Source: a virus
Taxonomy: Duplodnaviria; Caudoviricetes
Virus record (IMG/VR): IMGVR_UViG_3300014205_000170
Span: 384,001 to 448,000 of that record
Direction: 5' to 3' (one strand)
DNA: 64,000 bases
Position numbers and translations under genes: made by a program. The notes below the pieces were generated by a model. It had not been told where the DNA came from. It ran no database searches and worked only from the letters and a program-made list of their open reading frames with translations. Shown one piece after another: positions 38,889 through 46,806 of this stretch. The stretch's first letter is position 1, and each line of letters opens with the position of its first letter.

Positions 38889-38961
38889 GCCTTCATAGCT
38901 TAATTGGTAGAGCTGCAGATTCTTACTCTGAGGGTTGGGGGTTCAAGTCCCTCTGGAGGCA
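38889..38961 (+). tRNA. tRNA-Lys(CTT)
   Basis: CAGA-TTCTTAC-TCTG. Confidence 0.85.
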
Positions 38962-39011
38962 CACTTATTAAAATAATGGTCTATTTATCATTACACTTAA
39001 AAACTATCAAA

Positions 39012-39203
39012 ATGATTTTAGAAGCTTATTGCCTTAAAACAAAACAAAAAGAAGTAATGGTTAATCCTGTAATACATAAAACTGCCAAAGGTGGTTATAT
39101 GGCAAAAGGAGAAAGCAAAGATGGACATAAAATGGCACTCATCCTTGGTAAGGAGAAAGCCGAAGCTGCTGCTGAGGCCGGAATCCCAAAAGAAGGTTGG
39201 TAA
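39012..39203 (+). CDS. DUF5679-like small protein
   Basis: AYCLK.K.K..M.NP...T..G...KG pattern. Confidence 0.55.
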   Translation: MILEAYCLKTKQKEVMVNPVIHKTAKGGYMAKGESKDGHKMALILGKEKAEAAAEAGIPKEGW

Positions 39204-39237
39204 CACAATTAAAGCTTGAGAAAAAACTCAAGCTTTT

Positions 39238-39525
39238 TTAATTTTCCCACCAATCACTGCAATATTCATCTGCCGGTGCTGGTAAGTTTGAATCTCCACC
39301 ATTCCATTGAATCCAATATTTATTATTGCAACTTTTCTTGTCTTCTCCTAAAAATTTACAATTCACACAAGATGAGCCACCTTTAGGTACGCGTATTCCA
39401 GCTTTATGATTTTCAGGTAAGTGATACTCTCCATTTCCGCCATATTCACCTTCGTTTACATGTGCAGATTCTTTAATAACCTTAATTCGATTAAGGATGT
39501 TGTTTACTAGCTCGTCATTTCCCAT
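39238..39525 (-). CDS. Small Cys-rich protein (HiPIP-like Cys spacing)
   Basis: CVNC...C...CSDW. Confidence 0.5.
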   Translation of the reverse strand: MGNDELVNNILNRIKVIKESAHVNEGEYGGNGEYHLPENHKAGIRVPKGGSSCVNCKFLGEDKKSCNNKYWIQWNGGDSNLPAPADEYCSDWWEN

Positions 39526-39569
39526 TATAGTAAAGTTTTGCTATATGTAAATATATCAGTAAATTTGCT

Positions 39570-40115
39570 GTGATGCAAGGTAGATTGGCACATAAATTTT
39601 CAGAAAGTGAAATGGATTTTCTTTTAAAAAATATTGAAAGAGGAACCATTCTTATTGAAACTGGTAGAATAGATTTATCCATATTTGGTACTTTAGGATT
39701 TGACACAAAAATATTTGATGGTAAACCATATAATTATTTACATAAAATTGCCAATGCCGCAGCAATAGAAACAAAAGAATATAAAAAAGAACAAATAATT
39801 CAATTTATAAAAGAATCTGATGATTTTAGCTTAGAAGGTGGTCATTTTACAGATGATGATTATTATGATTATAAATTAATTACATATAAACACGAAATTG
39901 AATCAGAAGAAATGTATTTGGAAAGATTATTGTCAGAAGGAAGAGAATTAATACGTAAAACCAAAGCCAAATTAGCAAGAGAACGCAGAAAAGAAAAAAG
40001 AAAAGTTTTATGCGAAAAAGCACCAAAAAAATATACGCGCTTAAAACGAACGCCAAGATACCCGGAAATAGAAATACTTCCTTTTGACGATGGTGAAATA
40101 CTTCTGCCGTTCTAA
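39570..40115 (+). CDS. Hypothetical protein
   Basis: ORF; contains RKVLCEK. Confidence 0.55.
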   Translation: MMQGRLAHKFSESEMDFLLKNIERGTILIETGRIDLSIFGTLGFDTKIFDGKPYNYLHKIANAAAIETKEYKKEQIIQFIKESDDFSLEGGHFTDDDYYDYKLITYKHEIESEEMYLERLLSEGRELIRKTKAKLARERRKEKRKVLCEKAPKKYTRLKRTPRYPEIEILPFDDGEILLPF

Positions 40116-40172
40116 ATTAAAAAACCCTCATTTTTCTGGGAATTACCCATGAAACTCATTTCCATAAGTTTG

Positions 40173-40913
40173 TTACCAAGTTCTACAAGCCCAATATCTT
40201 GCTTTCCATCTAGGCCCTGGAGTATCACAACGATGTCTTGCTCTAAAAGATTTTCTTCTTGCTGGAATGTTTTTCTTAATCCTCATATTTGGGTCGCCAA
40301 AGTTAACTTTTACAACTTTGCCATTTGGATTTTTTACGAATACTTTAAATTTCTTCACATCACCTCTCATTATTTTTCCAAGCTTAACTTTTCTGCCTTT
40401 ATATTCAGCTTCATTTAAGTTTGAATAATGATTTTCATCAACTTCGTATAATTTAAACTTTTCATTTTTAGAACCAAATCTATTTTGTTTTTTTAAAATA
40501 TTATAAGCCTCTTCTAATTCACCATTATCTAATTCATCTTCTTCGGTTTTTTCTTCATAATCATTAAAAACATCTGGATTTTGAGAAATTAGAAAATCTA
40601 AAATAGCATCCATATTGTGTTCTGCTATTGTGATTTTATCTTGAACCCATGCTGGGAGATTATCGTCTTCATCAACTAAATTATTAATATCTTCTGCCAT
40701 ACTCTTTATGTTTAAAAGAGCTATTTTATAACTACCAGCTTCTTGTTCATCATCTTCAACATAATTATGGTTTTCATTTTTTGAAGATGTTTGAGCTTTT
40801 TTCCAAGCATCTTTTTTAGGGTAGTCTTTATCTCCAGGTTTGGCTGGAGATTCTCCTTTTTTTCTTTTTGTGTGAATATTGTCCCAAAGACCTTTGGATT
40901 CATTTTGATTCAT
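40173..40913 (-). CDS. Multi-module head-associated protein
   Basis: GLWDNIH.KRK.G..PAKPG module; LPAWVQDKIT module; basic C-terminal RRKSFRARH.C...KARYW.C..W module after LNE. Confidence 0.65.
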   Translation of the reverse strand: MNQNESKGLWDNIHTKRKKGESPAKPGDKDYPKKDAWKKAQTSSKNENHNYVEDDEQEAGSYKIALLNIKSMAEDINNLVDEDDNLPAWVQDKITIAEHNMDAILDFLISQNPDVFNDYEEKTEEDELDNGELEEAYNILKKQNRFGSKNEKFKLYEVDENHYSNLNEAEYKGRKVKLGKIMRGDVKKFKVFVKNPNGKVVKVNFGDPNMRIKKNIPARRKSFRARHRCDTPGPRWKARYWACRTW

Positions 40914-40934
40914 ATTTTTTTATTTTTTATATGT

Positions 40935-41762
40935 TTATTTTACATTCATGCCATTTTTAACACCTAATCCTACACCTATACCTTCTTCAACAGCACTATC
41001 AGAGTGTGGAGCATGTTTCCCTAGAGGAATATCTTTACGTATTTTTTCTCTTTGTCCGGCTCTGTTTCTAATTACTTGTGAATCTTCTTCTAAGCTATTT
41101 TCGACTGTATAACCTATTTTGTTAAGCGAATCTATAATAGCTTTCATATTATTGGAGTGCTGTATAGGATGTTTTTGAGTAAATAAATCTATAAATTCTT
41201 TATAAGTATAAGTTTTATCTTTGTTCATTAATTTTGCAACATCTAAAGCATAAGCATCAGCTTGGTCAAAATATATAATTTCATTAATATTCTCTGATGT
41301 TTTTGGTTTCACATCAAAGTTTTTACTTAACTCTGCTTCTAATATTTTTGCAGCTTCGGAATAATCAACTTCTTTTAATTGAAAAAATGCATCCTTTAAA
41401 AAACTATAAAGATTTTTTGTATCAAAAACATATTCTGTATTTTCTTCTTCTTCATTCAAAGAACCACTACCAAATCTTTTTAATTGATTTAATTGCTTTT
41501 CAATTTGTTTTAAAGAATTACCGGTTTTACCATTTTTTGCAGCCTCTAAATCAGCTATCATAGAATCAACATCTAAATCTTTCTCAAATTTGCTATCTCC
41601 TAAATCAACAAACTTATCCCCAGAGTTTTTAATATCTTGCATAGCAGCTTGTTTTGCTGAACCCATCATTTCTTTGCTGTCAAAATCAGTCCAAGCACCG
41701 AGGTCGTGGTAGTTTTCTGATAGGTATTTTTGAATGGCTACTCTTAATTCTTTGTTTTTCAT
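40935..41762 (-). CDS. Acidic hypothetical head-type protein
   Basis: Multiple L/IxE sites; TATTTAT upstream. Confidence 0.55.
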   Translation of the reverse strand: MKNKELRVAIQKYLSENYHDLGAWTDFDSKEMMGSAKQAAMQDIKNSGDKFVDLGDSKFEKDLDVDSMIADLEAAKNGKTGNSLKQIEKQLNQLKRFGSGSLNEEEENTEYVFDTKNLYSFLKDAFFQLKEVDYSEAAKILEAELSKNFDVKPKTSENINEIIYFDQADAYALDVAKLMNKDKTYTYKEFIDLFTQKHPIQHSNNMKAIIDSLNKIGYTVENSLEEDSQVIRNRAGQREKIRKDIPLGKHAPHSDSAVEEGIGVGLGVKNGMNVK

Positions 41763-41816
41763 TTTTGTTGATGATTTTATAAGAATAAATAGGCTATAAA
41801 AACAATGCTTTTAAAT

Positions 41817-41841
41817 GAAACAAAAAATTCTTAACTTCGTT
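41817..41841 (+). promoter_or_regulatory. ECF-sigma-type promoter GAAAC-N16-CGTT upstream of nadD
   Basis: Exact 16-nt spacer; 9 nt before the ATG. Confidence 0.55.
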
Positions 41842-41850
41842 TAAAACATT

Positions 41851-42426
41851 ATGAAAATAGGCTTGTTTTTCGGTTCATTCAATCCAGTCCATATTGGACA
41901 TATGATAGTGGCAAATTACATGTTGGAATTTACGGATTTGGACGAAGTATGGTTTGTGGTTTCACCACAGAATCCTCTAAAAGATAAGTCAATGTTAATT
42001 GCAGAAGCTGACCGGTTGAATATGGTCAATATTGCAATAGGAATCAACGAAAGAATTAAAGTCAGTAATGTTGAATTTGCATTACCACAACCTTCTTATA
42101 CTATTGATACATTAAATTTATTAAAAACTCAACATCCAAATGATGAATTTGTTTTATTAATGGGAACAGATAATCTGAATGGTATTTATAATTGGAAAGA
42201 ATCCGAAAAAATTCTTAATGATTATAAAATTTATGCTTATTCAAGACCCAACACAAATTCTAATATTGTGTTTTTAAAACATGAAAATGTTCAAATACTT
42301 AACGCAAATTTAATTGATTTATCCTCTACATTTATACGTCAAGGAATTAAAGACAATAAAGATTTACGTTATATGGTTCCGGCTGGAGTATGGCAATACA
42401 TAAAAGAGAAAAAATTGTATGAGTAA
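41851..42426 (+). CDS. nadD: Nicotinate/nicotinamide-nucleotide adenylyltransferase
   Basis: GSFNPVHIGH; SPQNPLK; SYTIDTL; MGTDN...W; SSTFIR. Confidence 0.95.
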   Translation: MKIGLFFGSFNPVHIGHMIVANYMLEFTDLDEVWFVVSPQNPLKDKSMLIAEADRLNMVNIAIGINERIKVSNVEFALPQPSYTIDTLNLLKTQHPNDEFVLLMGTDNLNGIYNWKESEKILNDYKIYAYSRPNTNSNIVFLKHENVQILNANLIDLSSTFIRQGIKDNKDLRYMVPAGVWQYIKEKKLYE

Positions 42427-43042
42427 AGAGTTTTTTACACAATATAATCAATCAAAAAATGACATTTACTTAACTAAGAAATTTGCGAATTTTTTAGTAT
42501 GTAGAAGTGATTTAGAATTGGCAAATAAAAAAACGACTTATGCAGGAAAACCAAGATATCAATATGAAAATATTTTTTTATATCCTTTTAGCATTGAGGT
42601 GGATTTTACTTTAAATGAACGTTATACTTTAAAAGAAAAAGAACGTTTATGTATTCTTACTAAAGGGAAAACTGTACATTTGATTGGAGTATATTCACAA
42701 CTTAAATGTAAGCATGGATGTCCTTCTAAAAGTTGTGCTGGTGGTGATTTTTTAACTGCCCAAAAAATTTTAAAAAAACAAAAAGGTCTTAGGGGTAATA
42801 TAGGAGATTTATTTTATTCTTTATCTGATAAAAAGTTATTTGATTTTTTTGAAACCAGAGGTTATAAATCAAAATTTAAGATTAAAACTCAACCGGATAG
42901 AATATCGTTTACAAAAAGAATTTATAATGATTCGCAAGCAAATAAAGTATATGATGATTTATATGATTTTGATACACAATACTCTCCTACTGGTAACTCC
43001 ACAAGGTTTGTTTTGATAGAAAAACAAGAAAAAGAGTTTTAA
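42419..43042 (+). CDS. Hypothetical protein
   Basis: ORF; ends with RFVLIEK. Confidence 0.55.
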   Translation: MSKEFFTQYNQSKNDIYLTKKFANFLVCRSDLELANKKTTYAGKPRYQYENIFLYPFSIEVDFTLNERYTLKEKERLCILTKGKTVHLIGVYSQLKCKHGCPSKSCAGGDFLTAQKILKKQKGLRGNIGDLFYSLSDKKLFDFFETRGYKSKFKIKTQPDRISFTKRIYNDSQANKVYDDLYDFDTQYSPTGNSTRFVLIEKQEKEF

Positions 43043-43098
43043 TTTTTAAAATTTATTTGCTTGATAATCAATTAATTAAAACAAATATTCAAAATTTA

Positions 43099-43131
43099 TT
43101 TGGTTTTAATGAAACATTCGTTATATCTTTG
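43099..43131 (+). promoter_or_regulatory. Bacteroidota sigma70-type promoter of leader 3 / tRNA array 3
   Basis: TTTG-N21-TATCTTTG. Confidence 0.7.
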
Positions 43132-43204
43132 CGTATAAGTAGGAAAGAAATTTTTTGAAAAATAAAAAATTCTTACTATTTAAAATAAATAAGAGAAATC
43201 TTCA

Positions 43205-43345
43205 ATGAAACAAAGGTTCACATATACAACAAAAACTTCAACTACTTGGCCGGTTATGCCGACAACAGTGGGGGCAATTTGTATTATTATGGCCGGCGAT
43301 TATAGCCGCGATAATAAGGGTGTGTTAAACCAAGGAGTTTCATGA
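43205..43345 (+). CDS. Attenuator leader peptide 3 (MKQRFTYTTKTSTTWPVMPTTVGAICIIMAGDYSRDNKGVLNQGVS)
   Basis: Codons 13-36 contain all 12 amino acids of the downstream array and only one other residue (Ser). Confidence 0.82.
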   Translation: MKQRFTYTTKTSTTWPVMPTTVGAICIIMAGDYSRDNKGVLNQGVS

Positions 43346-43410
43346 TGAATACATAAAACTTACGGAATTTAAAAATAACACACCCGGACTATAAAAAGTT
43401 CGGGTTTTTT
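43318..43410 (+). promoter_or_regulatory. Attenuator 3: antiterminator/terminator pair
   Basis: GGGTGTGTTA (43318-27) pairs perfectly with TAACACACCC (43376-85), which overlaps terminator ACCCGGACT/AGTTCGGGT + T tract. Confidence 0.85.
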
Positions 43411-43525
43411 ATTTTCCAAAAAATTAGTCAAGCAATGACTTAAAAGTTTGCAACGTTTTTTGACATATTGGTAACATTAAAAAGGTAATTAGGAATGGTT
43501 GTGAAATAATTCCTAATTACAAAAA

Positions 43526-43601
43526 GCGGAAGTAGTATAGTGCGTCATTATATTGCATTGCCAATGCAAAGATGGGAGTTCGATTCTCCTCTTCCGCTCC
43601 A
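43526..43601 (+). tRNA. tRNA-Gly(GCC)
   Basis: TTGCA-TTGCCAA-TGCAA; encoded CCA. Confidence 0.88.
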
Positions 43602-43604
43602 CAT

Positions 43605-43679
43605 GCCGTAGTAGCTCAGTTGGTTTAGAGCATTCGTTTCATACGCGAAGGGTCACAAGTTCGAGCCTTGTCTACGGTA
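43605..43679 (+). tRNA. tRNA-Met/Ile2(CAT)
   Basis: TTCGT-TTCATAC-GCGAA; identity (Met vs lysidine-Ile) unresolved. Confidence 0.8.
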
Positions 43680-43692
43680 CACTAAAAAATAT

Positions 43693-43782
43693 TGCGCGGT
43701 CGACTGGAGTTAGGCTACCAGCGGGGTCTCATAAGCCCTAACCAGAAATGGAACGTGAGTTCGAGTCTCACCTGCGCTTCCA
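43693..43782 (+). tRNA. tRNA(CAT), initiator-like, long variable arm
   Basis: 1:72 mismatch; GGGGT-CTCATAA-GCCCT; CCA. Confidence 0.75.
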
Positions 43783-43911
43783 ATTCGAAATTAAAAAGTT
43801 GTACAGCTTTTTAAAATTAGAAACCGTTGCTAGTCGGTATATAAAGAATGGTAGAAATACAGAGTAGATTAATTACCTACAAAATATTTTTGCAGCAACT
43901 AGCGCACATTT

Positions 43912-43985
43912 GGCCTTTTAGCTCAATTGCGAAGAGCATCTGTTTTACATGCAGAAGGTTGTCAGTTCGAGTCTGACAGAGGCTA
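43912..43985 (+). tRNA. tRNA-Val(TAC)
   Basis: TCTGT-TTTACAT-GCAGA. Confidence 0.88.
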
Positions 43986-43997
43986 CAAAAAATAAAT

Positions 43998-44072
43998 AGA
44001 CGCTTAGCTCAGTTGGTTTAGAGCATCGGTCTTACAAACCGAGGGTCACTGATTCGAATTCAGTAGTGTCTA
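43998..44072 (+). tRNA. tRNA-Val(TAC)
   Basis: TCGGT-CTTACAA-ACCGA. Confidence 0.9.
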
Positions 44073-44077
44073 CATAT

Positions 44078-44152
<75 letters not shown>

Positions 44153-44160
44153 ATTAAAAT

Positions 44161-44245
44161 ACACGGTTAGCCTAGTGGTCGATGGCATCAGTCTCCAAAA
44201 CTGACGAATTAAATTTCCGCGTGCGTTCGAATCGTACACCGTGTG
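44161..44245 (+). tRNA. tRNA-Trp(CCA) with long variable arm
   Basis: TCAGT-CTCCAAA-ACTGA; G73. Confidence 0.85.
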
Positions 44246-44257
44246 CAAAAACAAAAT

Positions 44258-44340
44258 GAGAGTTTATACCGTAGGGGTAGCGGGAATGCCTGTAGAGCAT
44301 TTATCTTTCGATTCGGGTGGTTCGACTCCATCAGCTCTCA
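44258..44340 (+). tRNA. tRNA-Tyr(GTA)
   Basis: AATGC-CTGTAGA-GCATT; variable arm. Confidence 0.82.
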
Positions 44341-44426
44341 CACTTTACAATCCTGCTTATTTTATCGTCCTGATAAAATAAGTCCAAAGAAAATCTTGGT
44401 AATAGGGTCCTTGAGGATTGTAATAC

Positions 44427-44500
44427 GCAGGTAACGCATAAGTGGTGGTGCACCAGACTTCCAATCTGGAATAGAGCCGGTTCGATACCGGTTACCTGCT
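44427..44500 (+). tRNA. tRNA-Gly(TCC)
   Basis: CCAGA-CTTCCAA-TCTGG; U73. Confidence 0.85.
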
Positions 44501-44750
44501 CTTTAAAATTGTAGATTTTGAATCTTCGGACAACTTGGAAAGACAAGTATAAAAAAAGAAAAAAAAATATGAAAAATTGAAATAATTAGCTGATTAAAAA
44601 TACATTAATAATTTTATCCTTAGTGTATATAATAAACAGTAGAAACTTAAAATGTCGTATCTACGAAGATGATTATGAAACTTCTGTTTACGATTTAAAT
44701 AATAACATTCGAAGAAGAATGTTGAAGACAAAAAAGTATTTGGAAATTAT

Positions 44751-44816
44751 GCCGGAATGTGACGCGTAGATACCTGTGCAGGTATCAAAATCGGGTGAAA
44801 CCGAGTTCTGGCACCA
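44751..44816 (+). ncRNA. Mini tRNA-like RNA ending in ACCA
   Basis: GCCGGAA/TTCTGGC-A-CCA; two internal hairpins; no D arm. Confidence 0.5.
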
Positions 44817-44820
44817 ATTA

Positions 44821-44894
44821 CGGGGTGTAGCTCAGTTGCGAAGAGCGCTCGGTTTGGAGCCGAGAGGTCGCAGGTTCAAGTCCTGTTACCCCGA
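44821..44894 (+). tRNA. tRNA-Pro(TGG)
   Basis: CTCGG-TTTGGAG-CCGAG. Confidence 0.9.
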
Positions 44895-44898
44895 CTAT

Positions 44899-44972
44899 CG
44901 AGATGTAGCTCAGTTGCGAAGAGCGCGTGCTTTGGGAGCATGAGGCCGCAGGTTCAAGTCCTGTCATCTCGA
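44899..44972 (+). tRNA. tRNA-Pro(TGG)
   Basis: CGTGC-TTTGGGA-GCATG. Confidence 0.9.
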
Positions 44973-45049
44973 CAAAAAGTTTTCGGAATAAAAAAACTTC
45001 CCAAGTAATTGGGTGCTTGTTGAGACAAGCAGCAAAAAGTCCGAGCTTT

Positions 45050-45124
45050 ACTGTCTTAGCTCAATTGGTTTAGAGCTTTTGCCTGATACGCAAAGGGTTG
45101 TTGGTTCGAGTCCAATAGACAGTA
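45050..45124 (+). tRNA. tRNA-Ile(GAT)
   Basis: TTTGC-CTGATAC-GCAAA. Confidence 0.88.
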
Positions 45125-45129
45125 CACAT

Positions 45130-45204
45130 AGTTTCGTAGCTCAATCGCGTTAGAGCACTACACTGATAATGTAGAGGTTGGCAGTTCGAATCTGCTCGAA
45201 ACTA
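45130..45204 (+). tRNA. tRNA-Ile(GAT)
   Basis: CTACA-CTGATAA-TGTAG. Confidence 0.9.
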
Positions 45205-45217
45205 CAAAAAATAAAAT

Positions 45218-45290
45218 GGTTCCGTGGTCTAATGGTTTAGGATACTTGACTGTCTATCATGGGGTGGGAGTTCGATTCTCCTCGGAACCG
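45218..45290 (+). tRNA. tRNA-Asp(GTC)
   Basis: TGA-CTGTCTA-TCA; G73. Confidence 0.82.
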
Positions 45291-45318
45291 CAAAACGTTG
45301 GAGAACGTAAAACTTAAT

Positions 45319-45393
45319 GGTATCGTAGTTCAGCTGCGTTAGAATGCTCCCCTGTCACGGGAGAGGTCGCCGGTTCGAGTCCGGTCGGTACCG
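45319..45393 (+). tRNA. tRNA-Asp(GTC)
   Basis: CTCCC-CTGTCAC-GGGAG. Confidence 0.92.
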
Positions 45394-45478
45394 CTTGGAA
45401 GCCGAATGTTGCAAAGCATTCTACCTAAAGTACACGGGGTGGTGAAAACCAGCTTCTGAACGTAGTACAAAAATAAAT

Positions 45479-45553
45479 GGGACCTTAGCTCAATTGGCTT
45501 AGAGCGCTTGATTTGCATTCAAGAGGTTGTGGATTCGAGTTCCACAGGCTCCA
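45479..45553 (+). tRNA. tRNA-Ala(TGC)
   Basis: CTTGA-TTTGCAT-TCAAG; G3:U70. Confidence 0.88.
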
Positions 45554-45558
45554 CAAAC

Positions 45559-45619
45559 GGGGGATATGGCAAAGATGCATCGCCAGAAGTTACGGTTAAT
45601 TCTGTAGCATCCTCCACCA
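45559..45619 (+). ncRNA. Mini tRNA-like RNA ending in ACCA
   Basis: GGGGGAT/ATCCTCC-A-CCA (G3:U wobble); hairpins TGGC/GCCA and CAGAA/TTCTG. Confidence 0.5.
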
Positions 45620-45628
45620 ACTAAAAAT

Positions 45629-45701
45629 GGGGTGTCATGTACCAAGGCTGGCGAATGTGCTTTGCAAGCACGTTGGGTGAGTTCAATTCTCATACGCTCC
45701 A
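45629..45701 (+). tRNA. tRNA-Ala(TGC), atypical D arm
   Basis: TGTGC-TTTGCAA-GCACG; G3:U70. Confidence 0.78.
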
Positions 45702-45716
45702 CAAAAATTAAAGAAT

Positions 45717-45801
45717 GCCAATATCGCATAGTGGTCGATTGCACCTGATTTGTAATCAGGAACTGAATAAGACAGCGGCGGTTCGAATCCGTCTATTGGC
45801 T
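45717..45801 (+). tRNA. tRNA-Thr(TGT) with long variable arm
   Basis: CCTGA-TTTGTAA-TCAGG. Confidence 0.85.
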
Positions 45802-45803
45802 CA

Positions 45804-46050
45804 AAAAAAGTAAAACAAAGGATTCATCGCTGATTATTATTAATTTAATTAGAGGAAGTTCGCGACTGCAAAACCTAATGTAGGAGGGGGTCCTGAAAAC
45901 CGCCATTTGTACTACAGAAGCAGCAACCTAAACAGCTTAAGATTGTCGGTTTATCTATGAGAGCGGGTTAGGGCAGCCATTAGGCCATTGGAAAATGAGA
46001 TAAATGATGAGTTAAAACAAAATCGCGGCTACGCTTATTTTACTTTTTTT
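45804..46050 (+). ncRNA. rnpB: Compact RNase P RNA
   Basis: CR-I GAGGAAGTTCGCGA and CR-V AACAAAATCGCGGCTA form P4 with a bulged U; P1 AAAAGTAAAA/TTTTACTTTT; P2 ATTCATC/GATGAGT; ACAGAA; AGATAAATGAT. Confidence 0.8.
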
Positions 46051-46095
46051 ATTTTAATATTATATTCGCCTATAGGTTAAGATAGAAAAAAAAAC

Positions 46096-46806
46096 ATGAA
46101 ATATTATGTATATATGTTATTTGATTTAGAAAATCCTTTTTATATTGGTAAAGGAACAAAAAATAGAATGTACGAACATTATAAAAGAGCTACAAAAACA
46201 AAAATAAAATCTCCTGTTTTAGATAAAATTAGAAATATCATTTTAAATAATAGACAAGTGATTTATAAAAAAATTTTTGAGTCTGATATAGAATCAAATG
46301 TTATAAAAAAAGAAATAAATACTATTTTAGAAATTGGTAGAAGAGATTTAAAAACCGGACCACTGTTGAATTTAACAGATGGTGGCGAGGGAGTAACCAA
46401 TTACATTTGGTCAAAAAAACATAAAAAAAATCTTAGTAAATCTATTAAAAAAGCAATAAAAGAAGGAAGATATAATCCTCCAGGAAATATAATTTTAAGA
46501 GAAGAAAAATACAAAAAAACAATGTCTAAAAAAATACAGGAATATTGGAATAGCGAAGAAGGTAAAAAGCATAAAAAAAGAATTTCTGTAAAAAACAAAA
46601 AAAAATTAGATGATGGAAAACGAGTACTATCAAAAAAGGCCAGACAAAAAATGAGAGAATCAGCTTTAAGAACTAATAAAATAAAAAAACAAAAATTAAA
46701 ATGGTCCCGTGGCCGAGGGGAGACGAAAGTCGATAGGCTCAGTTCTGCAAAAACTGCCACATTTGTTCAAATCAAATCGGGACCTCAACAAAATATGCCC
46801 TCGTAG
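46096..46806 (+). CDS. GIY-YIG homing endonuclease (free-standing, Seg/LEM-3-like)
   Basis: YYVYML...PFYIGKG...R...H; E...I..IGRRD..TGPLLNLTDGGEG; basic C-terminal repeats. Confidence 0.85.
   Translation: MKYYVYMLFDLENPFYIGKGTKNRMYEHYKRATKTKIKSPVLDKIRNIILNNRQVIYKKIFESDIESNVIKKEINTILEIGRRDLKTGPLLNLTDGGEGVTNYIWSKKHKKNLSKSIKKAIKEGRYNPPGNIILREEKYKKTMSKKIQEYWNSEEGKKHKKRISVKNKKKLDDGKRVLSKKARQKMRESALRTNKIKKQKLKWSRGRGETKVDRLSSAKTATFVQIKSGPQQNMPS
46703..46785 (+). tRNA. tRNA-Cys(GCA) with D-loop hairpin insertion
   Basis: CAGTT-CTGCAAA-AACTG; U73; GAC-GAAA-GTC in D loop. Confidence 0.78.

Noticed and set aside
43783-43905. Structured ncRNA between tRNA(CAT) and tRNA-Val
   Set aside because: Only short alternative pairings (GCTAGT/ACTAGC, GTTGCT/AGCAAC); too weak to call.
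45804-46806. Group I intron carrying the GIY-YIG ORF
   Set aside because: The structured RNA fits RNase P conserved regions, and the flanking tRNAs are uninterrupted.
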